Assembly: GCA_004431415.1 (NCBI GenBank)
Contig: QPMI01000470.1
Coordinates: forward strand, 186,001-250,000
Direction of reading: 5' to 3'
Source of the DNA: Cyanophora paradoxa CCMP329
Lineage: Eukaryota; Plantae; Glaucophyta
Length of the DNA stretch: 64,000 nt
Both the position numbers and the translations under genes were made by a program. Under the pieces are notes generated by a model that saw nothing but the letters and a program-made list of their open reading frames with translations, was not told where the DNA came from and did no database searches. Of the stretch, positions 60,993 to 64,000 are shown piece after piece. How positions within the stretch are numbered: the first letter of the stretch is position 1; every line of letters starts with the position of its first letter.

Positions 60993-61187
60993 AGCTAGAG
61001 GCTTGGAGAGCCATGCCAGGGAAAATGTGGAAATTGAATTAGAGACGCCCCTCGGGGGGCGTGAAGAAATTAATTACGTTAGCGTTACATCTATAACACA
61101 TCTATTACAGCTAGAGGCTCGGAGAGCCAAGCCAGGGAAATTGAAATAGAAAATGAAAGAGGCGCCACTCGGGGGCGTGAACAAATT
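60993..61187. repeat. Imperfect tandem duplication (blocks of about 80 bp) downstream of the TET/JBP-like gene
   Basis: AGCTAGAGGCT.GGAGAGCCA.GCCAGGGAAA...CTCGGGGG.CGTGAA.AAATT occurs at about 60993 and 61109. Confidence 0.75.
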
Positions 61188-61237
61188 CAAGGTGGCGGGG
61201 CGCCGAGATCCAAAAAAGAAAGCAGAGTAAAAACTCA

Positions 61238-63897
61238 TTAAGGTGCGTTTGGAGAGGCGCCCTCGGAGTTGACCTTGAGGTTGTTCCCCAGCGTCAGCAC
61301 GATGCAGTATCTGCCGGAAAAGAGAAGGCTCGGAGTGAGCTTGAGAGGCGCCGCTGCGGCGGCCGCGGGGAGGGCCCGGCGCACCGCCCCTCCGTGTCGT
61401 CGTCCTCCACCACGCCGTGCTTCAGATAGTGGCCCTGCCGCGAGAGGCGACGCGTCGGCCGCCGTCGCCCCCGCCGGGCGAAGCCAGAGGCGCGGCCAAG
61501 CGTGCATGCGCACCTTGATAAAGACGACGTCGCCGTGGCGGAGCTCGACGGAGATGCCGAGGGCGGGGAAGCGGAGGCGGTGCAGGCGCCGGTCGCGGTC
61601 GCCGTCGGGGTGGAAATAGATGAGGGCCGCGTACCCCTCTCGCGCATCGTTCACGTCGCGGTGCGGATCCGTGATCCTGCACCGGGGGAAAACGTCGGCC
61701 GCTCGCGGGCCGGCCGGGGCGGCCGGACGGGGGGTACGGCGGGGCGGGGGGAGGTGGCGGGGGTGGCTCACTTGTCCGGCCCGTTCATCCACTGCATCGC
61801 CCAGAAACCTGTACACGCAGGGATGATGGGGAGCCCGGCCGCGCCCCCCGGCCCCGCCACCCCCCGAGGGCGGCCCGGCGGCGCACCGTAGTTGTACGGC
61901 TGCTGCTCGAGCAGCCGCAAGCTGATCTGGGCCATCTGGCAGGCGGCCCTCAGGTTGACGATGCTGAAGGCCGCGATGAGGTACTCCAGCAGCCCCGCGA
62001 GGTACCAGTTGAAGAGGTGCAGGCGCCGGTTCGCGTTCGTATCCGGCCCGAACTGCTTGTTGATGACCACCTGAGGCGGGCGTGAGCGCGGGCGCTCTGG
62101 CGCGCGGGGGGAGGCGGTCGGGAATCGCGGCGGGCAGCGGGCGGGCGCACCGGCGTCGGGACCGTGGCGCTAAGGCGCTGGCAGCCCGTGGTGACCCGAT
62201 CGCCGCGCACCCCCTCCTGCTCCTCCGTGCCGCACCCGTGCCCCCCCTTCTTCTTCTTCTTCGTCTTCTTCTTCTTCGGCTTGGGCTCCGGCTTCTCTTC
62301 GGCCTGCGCGAGCCAGCCCTCGCGCTCGAGCTCCGCCAGCTTGGCTCGCATGACGTCGAGGCTGCCCGTCTCCAGCGCCGCCTTGGCGGCCTCGTCGGCC
62401 GCGTCCAGCAGCGCCTGATCCTGCGCGTCCCGCCCCATCAGCATCGCGACCGCCCGGCGGCGGGGACCGCGGGGTGGCGGCCGGGCAGAGGCGGGGGAGG
62501 GGAGCGCGGGGGGCGGCGCACCAGCTCGGCGTTGTCGTGCGGCTTCCCCTTGGAAGCAAAGGGCATCGCCACCGAGCCGCAGGCGACGACGGCCGCGACG
62601 CGCTTGATTGCGGCGCCCTCCGCGTCCCAGAAGAGGTCGGGCAGGTGGGCGGCGGCCAGCTCGCCGCCGAGGACGAGGCGCGTGAACGTCCCGCGCCCCA
62701 TCACCGCGTCGTGCTTCCGCACCTCCCTTCCCGGCAGGCCGGGCGGGAGGGGCTTCAGGCCGTGGCAGAGGGCGCCCTGCGCGCCGGGGGCTCGGCGGGG
62801 GCGCGCGTGGGGCGCGCCGGGGGCGTGCGGAGGGGCGGGCGGGCGGACCTGGGCCCGCAGGACCTCTTGGATGAAGCGCGTGTCCACCTCGCCGCCGCCG
62901 GGGAGGTTGCAGCTGAGCACGAGCGTCTGCGGGGGCGACACGGCGCGCTTCGCCACCGCGACGGCGTGCAGGGGCCCGTGGGGGTCGTCGAGAAAGGCCC
63001 CCTGCAGGGCGCGCAGGGTCCACTCGGCGACGGGGCGCGGCTCGAGCCTCTTCCCCGACCGCAGCCGCAGCTCGGAGCCGTAGAGCTCGGCCTCGCGCGC
63101 CGGGGGCCCGAGCATCCCCGGAGGTACGATCCCGCGAGGCAGCTGCGGAGGGGGAGGCGCGTTCGGGCCGGGGCGGCAGCGGGCGGGCGAGAGGGGGCGT
63201 CTCGCACGTAGATCGTCTTGCCGGCCCAGCGGTGGGCCCCGAAGGACGGGAGCCCGTAGGTGTACCGCGCCAGGAGCGCGGCCTTGGCGAACGGATCTGC
63301 GGCAGGGCGTCGGGCGGGCAGCGGCGCTGCGAGCGCGGGGCGAGGAGGGGCGGGCGGACTCTTTGTGCGGAGGGGGCACGCCGGGCCCGGGAGCGCGTTG
63401 GACGCGCGCCTCTGCCCGCCGACCGCCAGCCCCGCCGCGCGCTTCTCGTTGCGCTTCCTCAAGGCCTCGGCGCGCCGAGCCGCCGCCGCCGGGTCGGCCG
63501 CGAGCGCCTCTGCCGCGGCGGCGCACAGGGCCGCGTCGTCCGCGCCGTCCGCCGACGCGGCGGCGGCCCCGGGCGGCTCCCGCGGCGGCTCCTGCTGCAG
63601 ACGCTCGCCCCTGCGCGGGCGGACGCGCCGCGGGGCCTCCTCCGCTTCCGCCCGGCCCGGCCGACCGCCGGGGCCGGGGCCTGCGCAGGCGCCGGACCGC
63701 TCCGGTTCCCCGACCAGGGCCGCCTGTGCGTTCTCGCGCCTCCGCTTGTGCGTGGCCTGCGCTGCAATGCCGCGGTGCCTGGCGGCCGCCTTCCTCGCCG
63801 CCTTGGTAGCCTTGGCCAGCTCCGTCAGCGGGATCAACTCCAGCCCCGCGCGCGCAAGCATGCCGCCGCGCGAGCTGCCGGGCCCGCCGTCCGGCAT
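61238..63897 (-). CDS. TET/JBP-like 2-oxoglutarate Fe(II) dioxygenase domain protein, multi-exon
   Basis: C-terminal exons: ITDPHRDVND (HxD), ALIYF, LRFPALGISVELRHGDVVFIK, GHYLKHGV (distal His), GRYCIVL (Arg). Upstream NLS-like PKKKKTKKKKK. ATG at 63897 has an in-frame stop just upstream. Confidence 0.7.
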
Positions 63898-64000
63898 GAT
63901 CTTCGGATGCGTGCTTCACCTGCGAAATTAAAGGCGAGGCGTCGGCGCGGGCGGCCGCAGGGCTCGAGCGAGTGGCGGCGAGCTTTCGATATCGGTCGCG

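Overview
This window is eukaryotic nuclear DNA from a GC-rich, intron-dense microbial genome. Introns are mostly 50-150 nt and often have GC-AG boundaries. The style is reminiscent of the glaucophyte Cyanophora, but the organism cannot be confirmed from the sequence. Most entries in the six-frame ORF track are artefacts of high GC, so I reconstructed genes by eye across introns and exon boundaries are approximate. Genes supported: molybdenum cofactor sulfurase (2846-7437), a multi-pass membrane protein (8617-9747), a Cys-rich repeat protein split by a transposon nest (about 15249-22519), a secreted NHL-type beta-propeller (23103-25623), a REJ-like + GPS surface protein with no multi-pass membrane region (27434-32166), a spliced fused EutB-EutC ethanolamine ammonia-lyase (33807-40375), an FHA-parvulin (41318-43361) head-to-head with a large Ser/Thr kinase carrying a phosphatase-like domain (43469-53976), a TPR-like protein, a single-pass membrane protein, and a TET/JBP-like dioxygenase (61238-63897). 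The 11.6-19.5 kb interval is a nest of mobile-element remnants: a CACTA MITE, poly(A) retroposons, Helitron-like ends and a USP-like protease fragment. A tRNA-derived SINE lies at 32.5 kb. The best candidate for an undescribed system is the intron-containing, bacterial-type, B12-dependent ethanolamine ammonia-lyase in a eukaryote. No CRISPR array, rRNA or intact tRNA gene was seen.
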